Source: Chrysomallon squamiferum
Taxonomy: Eukaryota; Animalia; Mollusca
Assembly (NCBI GenBank): GCA_012295275.1
Contig: CM022677.1
Location: forward strand, 23,436,001-23,500,000
Direction: 5' to 3'
DNA length: 64,000 bases
A program made the position numbers and the translations under genes. The notes beneath the pieces were generated by a model that ran no database searches, had not been told where the DNA came from, and saw only the letters and a program-made list of their open reading frames with translations. Below are positions 1 to 30,109 of the stretch, in pieces (the first letter of the stretch is position 1; every line of letters starts with the position of its first letter).

Positions 1-1059
1 TGCTAAATGGGGACAAATGTCACATCTTTCATTATATGTCATAACATTTCCATAACCATTCCCTACGACACTGACATGAGAGAATGGAGGAAAAGGCTGA
101 CCTCATAGCCAATGCCATGCTGAGATTGTTCACCAGGAAGCCATAGAGACTCTAGCATGGCAATTTTGCAGTCTGATCTCAACACCACTGAGTACCTCTT
201 GGACTTAGGGCCAACAACAAATAAGGAGGAGTACAGTTCACACATTGACCAGTGGTCATGTGGTATACACGTTTCTGAGTTATTGATATCTGTGTATAAT
301 AAGTATCTATATAAGTATCTATATCACTGGTCTACTTTTTATTCTACAATGTTTTGTACTGATGTCAAAATGTTCAGCCTTGTTTTCTCTGCACACAGAT
401 AAGTTTTCAAAAACACACGTAACAGTCCTACATATTTTCTGTTGCTGACTCGTAATATTGGATAAACATTTTAGTTCAGTTATGCAGTTTCTATCTATGA
501 AGCTTTCATGTCTTTCTAAATTTGAATAACTATGCAAAGATTGGTATTAGATTACCTTTTAATATATATATATATATTTTTATATATATATATATACCTG
601 TCTGTATATCTATATATATTTCTGAAGTTGTGTTTGATAAATATCAAGTTATTCACTGTTATTTATGTTTAAGAAAATTACCAATAACACCTTTGTAAAG
701 AACCTCAGAAACACTTACGCAGAAAACATCACAATTACTGAAAACAAATTGTAAAGTAATTAGGGAAAACAGATTGTTGGCAACAAACTGAACATTTCCG
801 ACATCATATTCATAATTAAGATGCACCAATTATAATTTACTAATAATTATTAATTAGTACTGTTGATGATATTATTAATTGTTATAATAAAAATATAAAT
901 ATATTAACCATGCTTCATGCTCGTAAAATCTGAAAATAAATCCTTAACCATTTGATTTGATTGTCAGATTATCAGATAGAAGATCATTATTTATTATCAT
1001 AAAGTGTCCATCACATACAAAAAAAAAGTCATGACTTGTCCAATTATATTGTTTTGTAG

Positions 1060-4822
<3,763 letters not shown>

Positions 4823-6738
4823 CGTTCTTGCAAAATGTTACCAAATGGAATAAAACTGTTTCATTATAATTCTTGTTACAGATATACATATACAATTCGA
4901 CTTTTTGCTAAAAACAAATAGACTAATCGCCCTAAATTAGACTCCAAGATGGTACTGATGTTGTAGATTTGGGTAGCATTTGCAAGAGATGGTATATAGA
5001 TAATGCAAGGATCCTCAAACTTGTTTATCCAATATCTATTTTCGCCTCCAGACAAGTTAAATAGCTGGTCGATGCGGATGCATCAAACTGATAAGGTATG
5101 TCCAAGCTCGTTTGAATCAGACTATTCCATATTTGGTGATGTTCGGGGATTAGCTGTGACTGATACCTCAAAAGAAAGATCAACTTGGCAATTAGTTTAT
5201 ATACAAAGAAATGTGTTATGAAACTGACTACAGGTGGGACTCACATCACTTCCTACACAAATGTATCGATATCTCATATACGATCTTGCGATAGGTAAAC
5301 AACAGGTGGAGTATCGCCTGCTTCGTTTTCCTGCAAAAACTCCTCCTGCACAATATAAAATACATTTATGATACAGTGGTTTCTTACAACAGCTTCATTG
5401 ATGATTCATGTATGTACTTTGGAATTTTGTGATAAAACAACTGAAATTAAAATTTGTCTATGAATTAATTTTGGACTCTGTTATGGAAGTCAGTTTTCTT
5501 CTATATGTACTAATCCATACTTATATTATTATTACTTTTATGGATGCTACACCGAAGGATAAGAGCATTGAACAAGTTGTCACAAACACACCTTTCATGA
5601 CCCATCATACACGTTTCAACCTCTGTGGCACACAAGTTTTTAACAGAAACTTTCATCCATGCTTCAGCTTTTGCTTAGAGTTCTGCTGACACTTTACAAG
5701 GCAGAAAATATGAGTTCTTGATGATCTGAGCAAAGCTGTGAGTGAAATAAAGAAAATCTTCTTTTCTGGATAGGATTCTTTCCTACTTGAAATTTGAAAT
5801 TCAGCAAAATTAGCTGCTTTCGATGTTGTGCCTTATTATAAACTCACAAGAAGTTTTTTTTTAACTCCATCAAATCATTTCATCAAATCTAATAATCTCA
5901 TTTTCAGTTCTTCTGACAGAACTTCACTTTTGTTCTTTTCTCACTGTCGTATTATATGCTTCTGCTTTTTTTTCCGTGACAGCATTTTATTTTTCTCATT
6001 AGGTTGTTTTTGGCTTCAAATTCCTTTATAATCCTTTGGGTCAAAAGTCATCACCGATAGGATTATAATAAAGTACTAAATCTAAGTCATGTATCCCTGC
6101 CACATTATAGATCACTTAGTGCACATTAAAGCATTAGCATTGTAAACATGGGCATTTTATGATCAAGAATATCCCCTTTAAGTGTATTTTTCTACTAAAC
6201 TAAATTAGTTTTAATAAGTTGTAGGTAGTATCTTGCAGTTTAAATCTAACACATCATTTCACGGTCAAGTGGAGCACAAAGTTGAATTCAAGATCAAAAG
6301 TTTACCAGAAGTTAGCTTGTACCTTTCACGAGATTTGGAATTCTTTTCAAGTTAGCTTTTCATTGAAACGAAATTCATCAAAACTGATTCACACAAACAC
6401 ACATATATAAACCAAAATATAGTTTCACCCGTAATTAATAAAGTTACACTCTTTATATTTACCACATTCTTCACCAACATTACAACACATGAAGATTTTT
6501 ATTAAAGAGAAACAATTATGTTTCTAAAGCTATACTAAAAAATAATTGGAGAAAAAACATGTGAGCTTTCTACAATACAAGATTTTACTAAACTGTTCAC
6601 CTCTCCAGCCTTTATTTACAAATATTTAGATAAGTAAGAATGAAACTAGCCTTTTTATACTACACTTTAATGCAGAAACTGAGACCTCTCTAAATGACGA
6701 TTCAAGCTTTATTAAAATGTAATAGTGTATTGTTGTTG

Positions 6739-6787
<49 letters not shown>

Positions 6788-7544
6788 CATTATCATGATC
6801 GTTAACTTAGACTTCTCTGTATTATGTGTCTATGTAGGGATGTAACAATACACTTTTCGTGCAACCTTTTAATTTTTATGATATTTAAATATAGATATTT
6901 ATTTATTTATTAAGGCAACTTATAATAGCATGGAACAAGGATTTTTTAAAAATAAAAATAGGAAACTTATTGTTTGCATACATAATAGTACATATTTTGA
7001 AGGTTGAATGATTTCTGTTTTAAAGAAAGAGAGTGAAAAATTAATTTTCAATTTTTTTTTTTTTTTTTTTTTTACTGCCGGTTGACGGACCTTTAATTTA
7101 TTTTTTCTGTTGTAAAACTAATATCAAGCATCATAATTAACGCATCAAAGCACTATTTCAAATAACAAGTGTTCAATTTGCTTTTTACATGTAAATAGCA
7201 TCTCTAATGCATTGAAAATGGAAATAAATATCTCAGAACTGTCGCCTCTGGAGTTTAGCAGAGTAACGTGTCCACATGGTTCTTAATGAGAATAGTCATC
7301 TTCAGACTCACGCGTTAGTGTCTCTGAAAATTATTGATTTTATTTTATTTTATTATTATTAGTTTTTCGCTGGCGACGTCGTGATAATATCTGAGAAAAA
7401 AAGATGTAGTACGAAACGGGAACAAAATAATATGACGTCAAAGTTAAAAAATATGAAGAAAAAAAAAGAAAAACGTTTCGACTTTTGCAGCAATTTCTGC
7501 TCAATAATAGATATCTATGTATACGATGCATTGAATAAATGGCA

Positions 7545-7880
7545 TATTTCCCCAAATTATTTTTAATATTTTAATAATGCATGTCGAATTGGTTGATTAT
7601 GAAGGAATACGTGTTTAAAAGTTTGTAAACAATGATCGGCAGTTGACGATCGACGCTGCCATCTTGGATTTCGATAGGAAGTTTCCCAGAGCTCACGGAA
7701 TGTTTTAAACTTCCAAATTCAGTTATTTTACGTTTATTTTCTGAACGTCTAATTTCCCCAAATTACTTTTAATAATGCATGTAGTATTGCTTGGATAATG
7801 AAGGAATACTGTTTAAAAGTTTAAACGTTTGTAAACACTGATCGGCGTTCGAGGCTGCCATTTTGGATTTTGATACCGCG
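7545..7880. repeat. Imperfect tandem duplication (about 200 bp period) containing GCCATYTTGGATTT
   Basis: tttcccaaaattac..taataatgcatgt..gaaggaatac..gtttgtaaacantgatcggc..gctgccatyttggattt occurs twice. Confidence 0.6.
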
Positions 7881-8256
7881 AACTATTTTCTGAACTTTTG
7901 TGATACACACTGATAAAAGTAAGTATGGTTGTTCATATTACCAAAACACGATGTCTACCGCGTTTCCTAACTATTTTCATCTTAATCAAACTTTTCAAAC
8001 TGGATTATTTTTGTTCAAATGCATGCATAATAAACTAAAATTATAAATTGGTATAACATTATTGTATTAACTTTTCTAATGGCAATATTCCCCGTGACAG
8101 AATCCAATAGAAAAGAACATTCAGGTGTTAATTGCACCGACTAAATTCTACTTCAATTTTTATTCCAGTGACGTAATTTGTGCCATTCCGAGTTATCGTT
8201 TGCTTCAAAATTATTAACATGGTGTTATCTGCGATTTGACGATATCATGTGAAATG

Positions 8257-8295
<39 letters not shown>

Positions 8296-8409
8296 TATAA
8301 TAATATATAAATAAATAAAACATTGACGGTTAAAAAGAAATCATACACTTTTAAACCTTTTATTTATTATTATTATTTTTTAACTATCAGAACGAATTGT
8401 GAGAAATTG

Positions 8410-8485
8410 AATCCGCATTTTGGCCGTTACCATTGAACCAGTGACAACAGACGACGCTGAAATCCTTAACTGGCTTGGTAAAATG
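8410..8485 (+). promoter_or_regulatory. Candidate non-coding first exon or promoter island of gene B
   Basis: ccgcatttt..ccagtgacnncagacgac..gaaatc..gtaaaa is conserved upstream of C (about 29005-29075) and D (about 48800-48875). Each ATG exon has a splice acceptor, so an upstream UTR exon is implied. Confidence 0.4.
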
Positions 8486-8969
8486 TAATAGAAAAAACAA
8501 CAACAAACAAAACAAATAAAAACATTAAAAAGTATTTTAAACAAAACAGTTTTTCTTAACTGTCAAGGATTAATCGGATTCAGGTAAATTTTAACTGTTT
8601 CAAATCCTTAAAATATTAAATTTAAGTTATAAGATGCTGGACCAAATTATAGTACCGCCCCCAAACCTTCATTAATTTGTAAGAATCGGTCAAGAGGAAA
8701 AATTATTTAAATTGATCTCTTCCAATTAAAAAAAAAAAAAAAAAAAAAGAAGAAGAAAAGGAAAAAGTTTGAATAATGTATCTCTAGCATTAAGTACGTG
8801 CACGAAAAACTCGATTAAACGTACTTTTAAATGTTGATATTTGCGACCATTTTACTGCCATCACCTAAGAAATGCTATCATTAATTTCAAATAAAAATAA
8901 GCATGCAAATTTTATAGTAACAGATCTGAATTCTTTCATTTACCTTTTCAGTTCTTTTAAAGAGATTAC

Positions 8970-9014
<45 letters not shown>

Positions 9015-9219
9015 ATAATAATAATAAAAAAAATAATAATAATAAAAATAATATTAATAATAAAAAAGTAAATAATAATAACAAAAATATTACAGGAAAT
9101 ACAGTTTAGATCATTGGATTACCTCATTCGATTATCATATTCTTTTTCTTTAATTTTATTTATTTATTTATTTATTTATTTAGTTAGTTATTTATTTATT
9201 TATTAATTATTAATTATTA

Positions 9220-9264
<45 letters not shown>

Positions 9265-9438
9265 TATTATTATTATTGTTGAATTTGATACCTTTACAGA
9301 AAAATCATTGTAATTAATTCTAGATATCTTTGCTTGACAGATATTTAAACATTAAGAATTATGCTGTAAATCTCCAGAATAGAAAGATTGTAATGCTGAT
9401 ATTTCATCATTCCATTATTTTGCAGACAAAGAAAGCAG

Positions 9439-22690
<13,252 letters not shown>

Positions 22691-23275
22691 CTTTGAAGAT
22701 AAATATTGCCAAATATAGTACCGTTGTTTCATTATAATTATTCTTGTCTGAGAGAACATTTTGAGATCAAATGTTATATTTTTAATTTTATCTGTATTTG
22801 TTGAGATCTTTTAATAACAAAAATAGCAAACAATATTGAAAGATATTAGAAAGGTGAAAATACTGAATAAACTACGTTTCTTTATTTCTGTTAGAATGTA
22901 ATTTCTGATTTTTCTATTTTTTGCTAATTAATTTGTTTTATCGAAATTGCTTTAAAATTGTATCAGATATATATAAATATATATAATTTGACATATTAAA
23001 TGTTATGTTCTTGATTTCAGTGTTTTATCAAATTATTCTATATCTGTTTTTAAAATCTTTGTTTTTACATATTTTGATTGTTAAATAATTTCTCCATTCA
23101 TTAGGTGTTTACAATATATTTTCTCTGTGATGGCTAATGTGTCCTGATTGAAATAATAAACTTTATTTTATAAAATGAATCATTATGATTATTAATTTGA
23201 GATTTTTAGACAGAAAAAAACAGTTATCAAATGACTTTGAAACATCAACAAAAAAATAAAAAATAATACCGTATA

Positions 23276-23407
<132 letters not shown>

Positions 23408-24009
23408 CAGGGATGAGAGCTTTCCGCAAAGTTACGGATTTTATAGGATTAGTTTTTCTTTGTTTAATGTTCTGTACTCATTTCTGCAGTTCGTGTAAAT
23501 GTGGTCGGGATGTATATTTTAGAATTAGGCTCAGCATAATACTTTGTTTACAACCGACTTTGTCTTACCAAGTCTTCATTTTATATCTGACGTACAAACA
23601 AAGCCATACTATATTTGAATGCACAGGAAATAGTACAACAACTGCTGACCAATCTGTGACGAAACGGTTTTGAACAGTAAACGCTATAATAGCCCATGTC
23701 CTGACCCATTTCAAATACATTTATTCAATACGCAATCTTGTAACAATATAGCAGGATTTACGATAAGAAATGATTATTTAATACCTAGTCTATCAACTCA
23801 CATAAAACTTAAAATCTAAATTATTTTCTTCTTTCTTAATAAATATAAATTTAACTCATTATATAGCAAATATCCCTAATAAAATGAATTGAAAAATAAA
23901 GAAATAAACACTGAAATTCGATGCTATTTTTATAAATATTTGTTTTCTAATTATATATATATGTATAAAATTAATTAATTAATTAGAAAAAATAATAATA
24001 AAAATAAAT

Positions 24010-24389
24010 AACTATAATAATTTGTTTTTATTTCATTGTTTTATCTTATTTTAGTATTTATTTTTATTTTTTGATTAAATAACAACTGTTTTCAGTTATC
24101 TAATAATTTAACATTATGGTGCAAGGGATGTAACTCTATTCAGGCAGTTACTTCCCTTTTAACGAAAATTTACTTTCGCCTGCAAGTTTAATTATTTAAA
24201 TATTTCCTCGATAAATATGTAAAGTATGGGTGTAAAGTAAATTTGCAAATTATATATTTCTGCTGCTACTGAACATTACAAAGAGGGAAAATGTCAAAGT
24301 ATTAAATATGCATGCATTCTCCTTGTGAAATTTATGGTCTAAGGGAAATAACTCTATTTAAGCAGTTGTATTTCTGTTGCTTTCTTAAC

Positions 24390-24460
<71 letters not shown>

Positions 24461-25232
24461 GTAGTAGTAGTAGTAGTAGTAGTAGTTCTATTATTACTCA
24501 TTATATTATAATTTTCGAAATCATTTTGAATAATAGTGAATGATTTAAAGTAAAAATGACTATTATTTTGAAAGACGTAAATATTTACTAGTTTTTAACA
24601 GAGAAAATAATTTAATTTTTGTATTTTACATCAGCTGATAGTGTGCGATTTATTTCTTATCGTTTTTGATGTTAAATAAAAATATTTATCCTGAAGATGT
24701 AACTGGTTAAATAGAGTTATTTCCTTTGGACCAGAAAGTTAACAGACGACCTAGTCTTCGTTATTTATTTACTTATTTAATTAATTTATGATCATTAGTT
24801 GTTTTCCCCTTAATTTGTTTTAAAAATATTAGGAGAGAGAAAATAAATAAAATAATAATCTATAGTTATGCCGAAGAATTTAAATTACAGTAGACGGTTG
24901 GAAACTGCTTAAATATAGTTGTTTCCCTTAGACCATAAATTTAATAATAAATAAGAAGAATACTTCCTTATTCTTGTTATAGATAATAATAAATTATTAA
25001 AAAGTAAAGAACTTTTGAATCTGTTTCAAAAGCTGTTATTGAAATTATGAATGGGAAAGAATAATTTGAAAATGTAATTTAGCACAAATTTAGTGCCCCT
25101 AACATTGAAATAATTAATTTCGAGGTTGATTGTGTAGTCAAAAATATGTAACTGCTTAAATTAAGTTGTAGACAATGAAGTTAAATTATTAGGTAATTAA
25201 AAGAAGGAAAAATACTGTTCAATTAAAAATAA

Positions 25233-25240
<8 letters not shown>
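24010..25240. mobile_element. Fold-back or MITE-like segment
   Basis: 40-bp inverted repeats at 24328-24367 and 24903-24942 (2 mismatches), plus further copies of the gtaactctatt/aactgcttaaat motif; absent at the paralogous site near 45600. Confidence 0.45.
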
Positions 25241-25268
<28 letters not shown>

Positions 25269-25697
25269 CAAATAACATTCACCTTAATTTAGGAATAACA
25301 TTTTCATTTCTGGAAACCCACATTAACATACTGTTATTTAATGTGAAACAACTGAAAGACAACAAAAAGTGTTTTCTAGATAATATGCTGAGAATGATGA
25401 AAGTAATAGTAGTAGTATTATTGAACGATATTTGGGAACGAAGAAGCTGTGTTATTAATTAAATTAAGTTTTTCATGATTATTTAAAGTCTTTTGAACAA
25501 GTAATCATATATATATTAATAAATAAAATATATAAACATTTTATTTTTTCCATATTTTCAAAGATACTTAATGTAATATGACTTGTAGGCATTTTACGTA
25601 TACTGTAAAAGATCCAACAGAGCAATAACATCAGAATGTAACCGTTGCTGGGTCTCGCCAGACTAGTCCTACTTTGAGGAAAAGCAGTCATGCTATA

Positions 25698-25912
25698 ATG
25701 GGGGGTATGACCATTATTCAGGTATTAACTGTTCCATTCGAAGAAGTCCGGGAAATGCGTATCGGAAAGGTTTGTAGGTAATCGCTTCACACAGAAATGA
25801 AAACGATTTTAATGTTACTGCAAACCCGAGGGTTTGCTCGGCACATCTTTTAGGTGGGAAGCCAGTGAACGACAAGAAACATGTCGACTATATACCTACC
25901 CTGAATAGGAGA
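25698..25912 (+). mobile_element. Decayed THAP-domain coding relic of a DNA transposon
   Basis: HRNENDFNVTANPRVCSAHLLGGKPVNDKKHVDYIPTL resembles the THAP C-terminal RVCSxHF...(V)PT motif; the N-terminus is frameshifted. Confidence 0.65.
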
Positions 25913-26352
25913 CGGGAAATTTTCACAACACGTAGGGTAACAAAAAACAAATGAAGTTAATGACATAGTTCAGATAACTACAGAGAACAATAAATTATGT
26001 TCTTAATTATTCAGTCTCCGCAACTAGTAGAGGTGTTTGTTGTTACAAATACTTAGTAGGTGTTGTACAAGTATATAGATGTATGTGTGAGTATATGAGT
26101 ATAGGTACAATCTTCAGTATAACAATTATATGTTACTCCAAAATAAATGGTTTATTTATAGTTTGTTTCAGCACAAAGTATGTATACTTGTGCGTGTTTG
26201 TGCTAATTACACCTAACAGTATCTGTAATTAGACAAGTAGGTGGTTTTGACCTATATGAAAATAAGCTACTTACATTTCCTTCATAAACATGTTACTGTA
26301 GTTTTGTTTGTTGAACACAGTGTGTGGCCATGTTGTCAGTGTTCAGTCAGAG

Positions 26353-26520
26353 ATGTGTCTGCAACAAAGGTGTAAATACTCTGGCACTAAATGGTATCAT
26401 TACAAAGACTTGCTGAACAAACAAGTTATTACCAATGTGTCTGTAACAAAGGTGTAAATACTCTGGCACTAAATGGTATCATTAGAAAGACTTGCTGAAC
26501 AAACAAGTTATTACCAATGT
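26353..26520. repeat. About 83-bp tandem duplication
   Basis: tgtgtctg(c/t)aacaaaggtgtaaatactctggc..aagttattaccaat occurs twice; also at about 46710-46875. Confidence 0.85.
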
Positions 26521-26656
26521 TTGTGGTGCGTCTGTATAATATAAAATGCAAAACATTTAGTAATTAACGCATAGCTAAATATCAACACGTTAAGATTTAT
26601 TTTTGAATTTTGTATTTCTCTACTCATAATTTGGTCTAGGTATTTTCATTATATTA

Positions 26657-26709
<53 letters not shown>

Positions 26710-28076
26710 TTATGATTAAATATATTTACAAATAAGATATACCACTTCATTTCAGGAACGATGACACTTATAGCTACTCTTATAGTGCATCTATGTTAAT
26801 CCATTTTATATCAACGTTAATAATAGTCCTTGTTTCAGTGTTCATCTTAACGGCTCAACCGATTCATCTTCTCTGCTGCAGCTTCATCCTTAATAACACT
26901 CACACACATACACGAATATACACAAACACATACATACATACATACACACAATTAATAAAGAAACATAGGTCAATATACCGTTTGACGTCATCGGTGAGAT
27001 TTGCTGAAAATAATGCCCTAACAGCGGGAAACATAAAACTTTACTAAGATAATAATCTATAACTGATGTAGAAAACTGAAATGAAGATGAAAACTTCAGA
27101 CTATAGTTTTGGATCATTGGATAATCAGCGGTCTGCATGAACGAACATGTACTGGACCCCCAACTACAAATGGAGGAACACATTGCATAGGGCCAGATAT
27201 GAAAAATATCACACAGAAGTGTTTTATAAGAGAATGTATTGGTATAACGCGCATATTTTAAATTCGTATAGTTTTGGTTTTGTATGTACACATGTCAGTT
27301 ACAAGGATAATTTTACACTAATGTCTAGAAATGTATTTTAGAGTTGTTCAGAACAACAGATAATTTTCCGATTTTCAGAATCTAAGAACATTTGGAAACT
27401 GCCAGTGATAAAAAAAACTGTAGATGCAGTTTAAATAAATAACGATAATAGACTGTTATAGAAGTAAAAGTCTAAAATATATATATTTTTCAAATATAAA
27501 AATAAATCAAAATTTAGTTTCTTTTCTTGACATATTCTCGAAAAATTAAATATATTAATGTTTAACTGTTTTCTTGGGATTGTTAAAAATTAATGTAAAG
27601 TTATATTGAGAAGATATTTTCAAAACTGAGAAGTAACAGAGGGCATCAGTTAAACGTGCCTAACTAAACAGAAACAATTTTCATTTCATTTTTGTTTTAC
27701 ATATTTTTATTTATTTATTTGTTTGTTTGTTTATTTATTTGCTTGTGTATTTATTTATTTATTTATTTAATTTATTTATTTAATACTGATCTGATGGGAA
27801 ATATAACGTTATCAAATAATCGTAAAATAACATTTCTTCATTTAATTAACAAACCATGTACACCGAATACTACCGTTATTTAGCAGTGTTATTAAAAGAA
27901 GTATGTCACTTTATTTCTTTCCAATTAAACACTTTCAAGAGGTGCCCCGAATTTTTTCTTATTATTCATTTTTTCCCGAATACTTATTTATTCATTTCCT
28001 AAGACGAAACGCTGTTTACAAACTTACTAAATAAACAGAATGCTGTAAAACTTCAGAATTCGACTGCCTCTTCTGC

Positions 28077-28141
<65 letters not shown>

Positions 28142-28833
28142 CGATCTATGTATATCCATAATGTCCGTTGAGCTGAATATTTGGTCACATAATAAAAGTT
28201 AATAAAAGAAAATTAAATGTAGTGGGTGAGAGCAGAACATAGCATATATATTTATATAGTTGTCTGTTAAAATCATAATATCCATGATGTCCCTGGTGCT
28301 GAATTCATTAGCTCTAAAAGTATAAATATAAATGTAAATATAAATACCATTTAACAATATAAATTTAGAAGTGACACACAACGATGTAAAAATGACTAAG
28401 ATAGAAAAGTACTGACACGCATAGCATCAACATTTTGCCACCACTTTCTAGGTTATGACGTCACCTCATTATAATAATATTGGTGAAACAACCAGTTTGT
28501 CATATATTTTATTTATGGCGACGACATAATTTTTCATAGCCAAACTAACAAAACCTGAGTTTCCAACACTTTTAAGGACTTGGAAAACACTGTAACGAAT
28601 TTCCAGAACTTACTAAGACTTTCCAAAACGCGTACGAACCCCGTGAATGAATATCTGAGCAGAAGACAAAAGAGCACGGTATAAAGTAAAAGGCAGCGGA
28701 AATCCGAAACGGGCACTTCTCATTCTCTAAATATATGTTAATAAAATTATGAGAGATTAAAAAAAAAAAAAAAAATGGAGTTATCCGCCTTTTGACAATA
28801 GGAGGTAAAATGTGAATTCCAAATAAACAACAT

Positions 28834-28896
<63 letters not shown>

Positions 28897-29305
28897 GTGA
28901 CAAATACTAAACATATAAACCGTAATGATTAATAAATTATTCACCGATGTTTATTTTTGATGTTGCAGTGAATTAGTAAATCGTATTATTCTTCATGTTT
29001 GAAAACCGCATTTTACGCCTTATCTTTCTTCCAGTGACTGCAGACGACATCGGAAATCAAGTTTGTTTTGTAAAACTGAGTATAAAAATATTATAAAAAT
29101 ATAGTGAGGAAATTAATATTTAAACCTAGTCAGGCAAATGTGTGGACTGATCGATTCATGAATTTATTAATTTGGTTTGTGCCGTGCTTGATCTAAAATT
29201 CCAAACAAGAATCCAGCAAAATGTATCCATGATTGTTCAGTTTTTAGATTATAATATTAATCAGTGTTTTATTAAAAGAAAAGCAGGGGAAAAAAGCAAC
29301 AACAC

Positions 29306-29367
<62 letters not shown>

Positions 29368-29499
29368 ATAGCGAACTTAAAAGAAAAAAAAAAGAAAAAA
29401 AAAAGAAAATTGAAATGAAGATCTGAACTAGAAAACAAGGATTACATAATATAAATATTAATATTCCATCATTCCTTATATTGCAGAAAAAGAAACTAA

Positions 29500-29554
29500 A
29501 TGAGCTTTGTTATTATAATACAACTGCTTTTCAATGGATTCCTCACATCAAGAG
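29500..29554 (+). CDS. Gene C signal-peptide exon
   Basis: tgcag acceptor at 29486, ATG at 29500, gtaatg donor. Confidence 0.8.
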
Positions 29555-30010
29555 GTAATGTATGATCTTTTTTGTATCATTACTATTCATATTTTTTATC
29601 ACGCACACATAGAGACATACACACAAACACATATAGATATATGTGTACATTTATAAGTTTTGATCTATACATGATACAATTTACCAATGAAATGTAATAT
29701 TTAGAAACTGAAGTGAAATCTTTTCTTTAGCTTAATACTTATTTGTGTATAATAAGTGACTGTTCATTAGCTGAAGGTTTGTGGACTGAATGGGTGTCAG
29801 AATCAGAAACGTGTAGTACTCCATGTGGTAGTGGTATTCTTAGCACTATCTACAGAAGGGGATGCTCTAGTCCTGGGTCAGTAGACTGTCAAGGAAATGA
29901 CACAAAAACAGAAACCTCTGCATGTGTTTACAGATACTGTGCAAGTAATTAAATTTGTTTTTATGGTTGCTTCTTCCTCTTTATTTTTTTTTTTTTTTTT
30001 TTTAAGAAAA

Positions 30011-30109
<99 letters not shown>

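Noticed and set aside
4920-6450. Complex intergenic sequence after gene A, possibly a decayed transposon
   Set aside because: No consistent frame or recognisable motif.
26353-26520. Repeat-spacer or CRISPR-like pattern
   Set aside because: It is a simple two-copy tandem duplication in eukaryotic DNA with no unique spacers.
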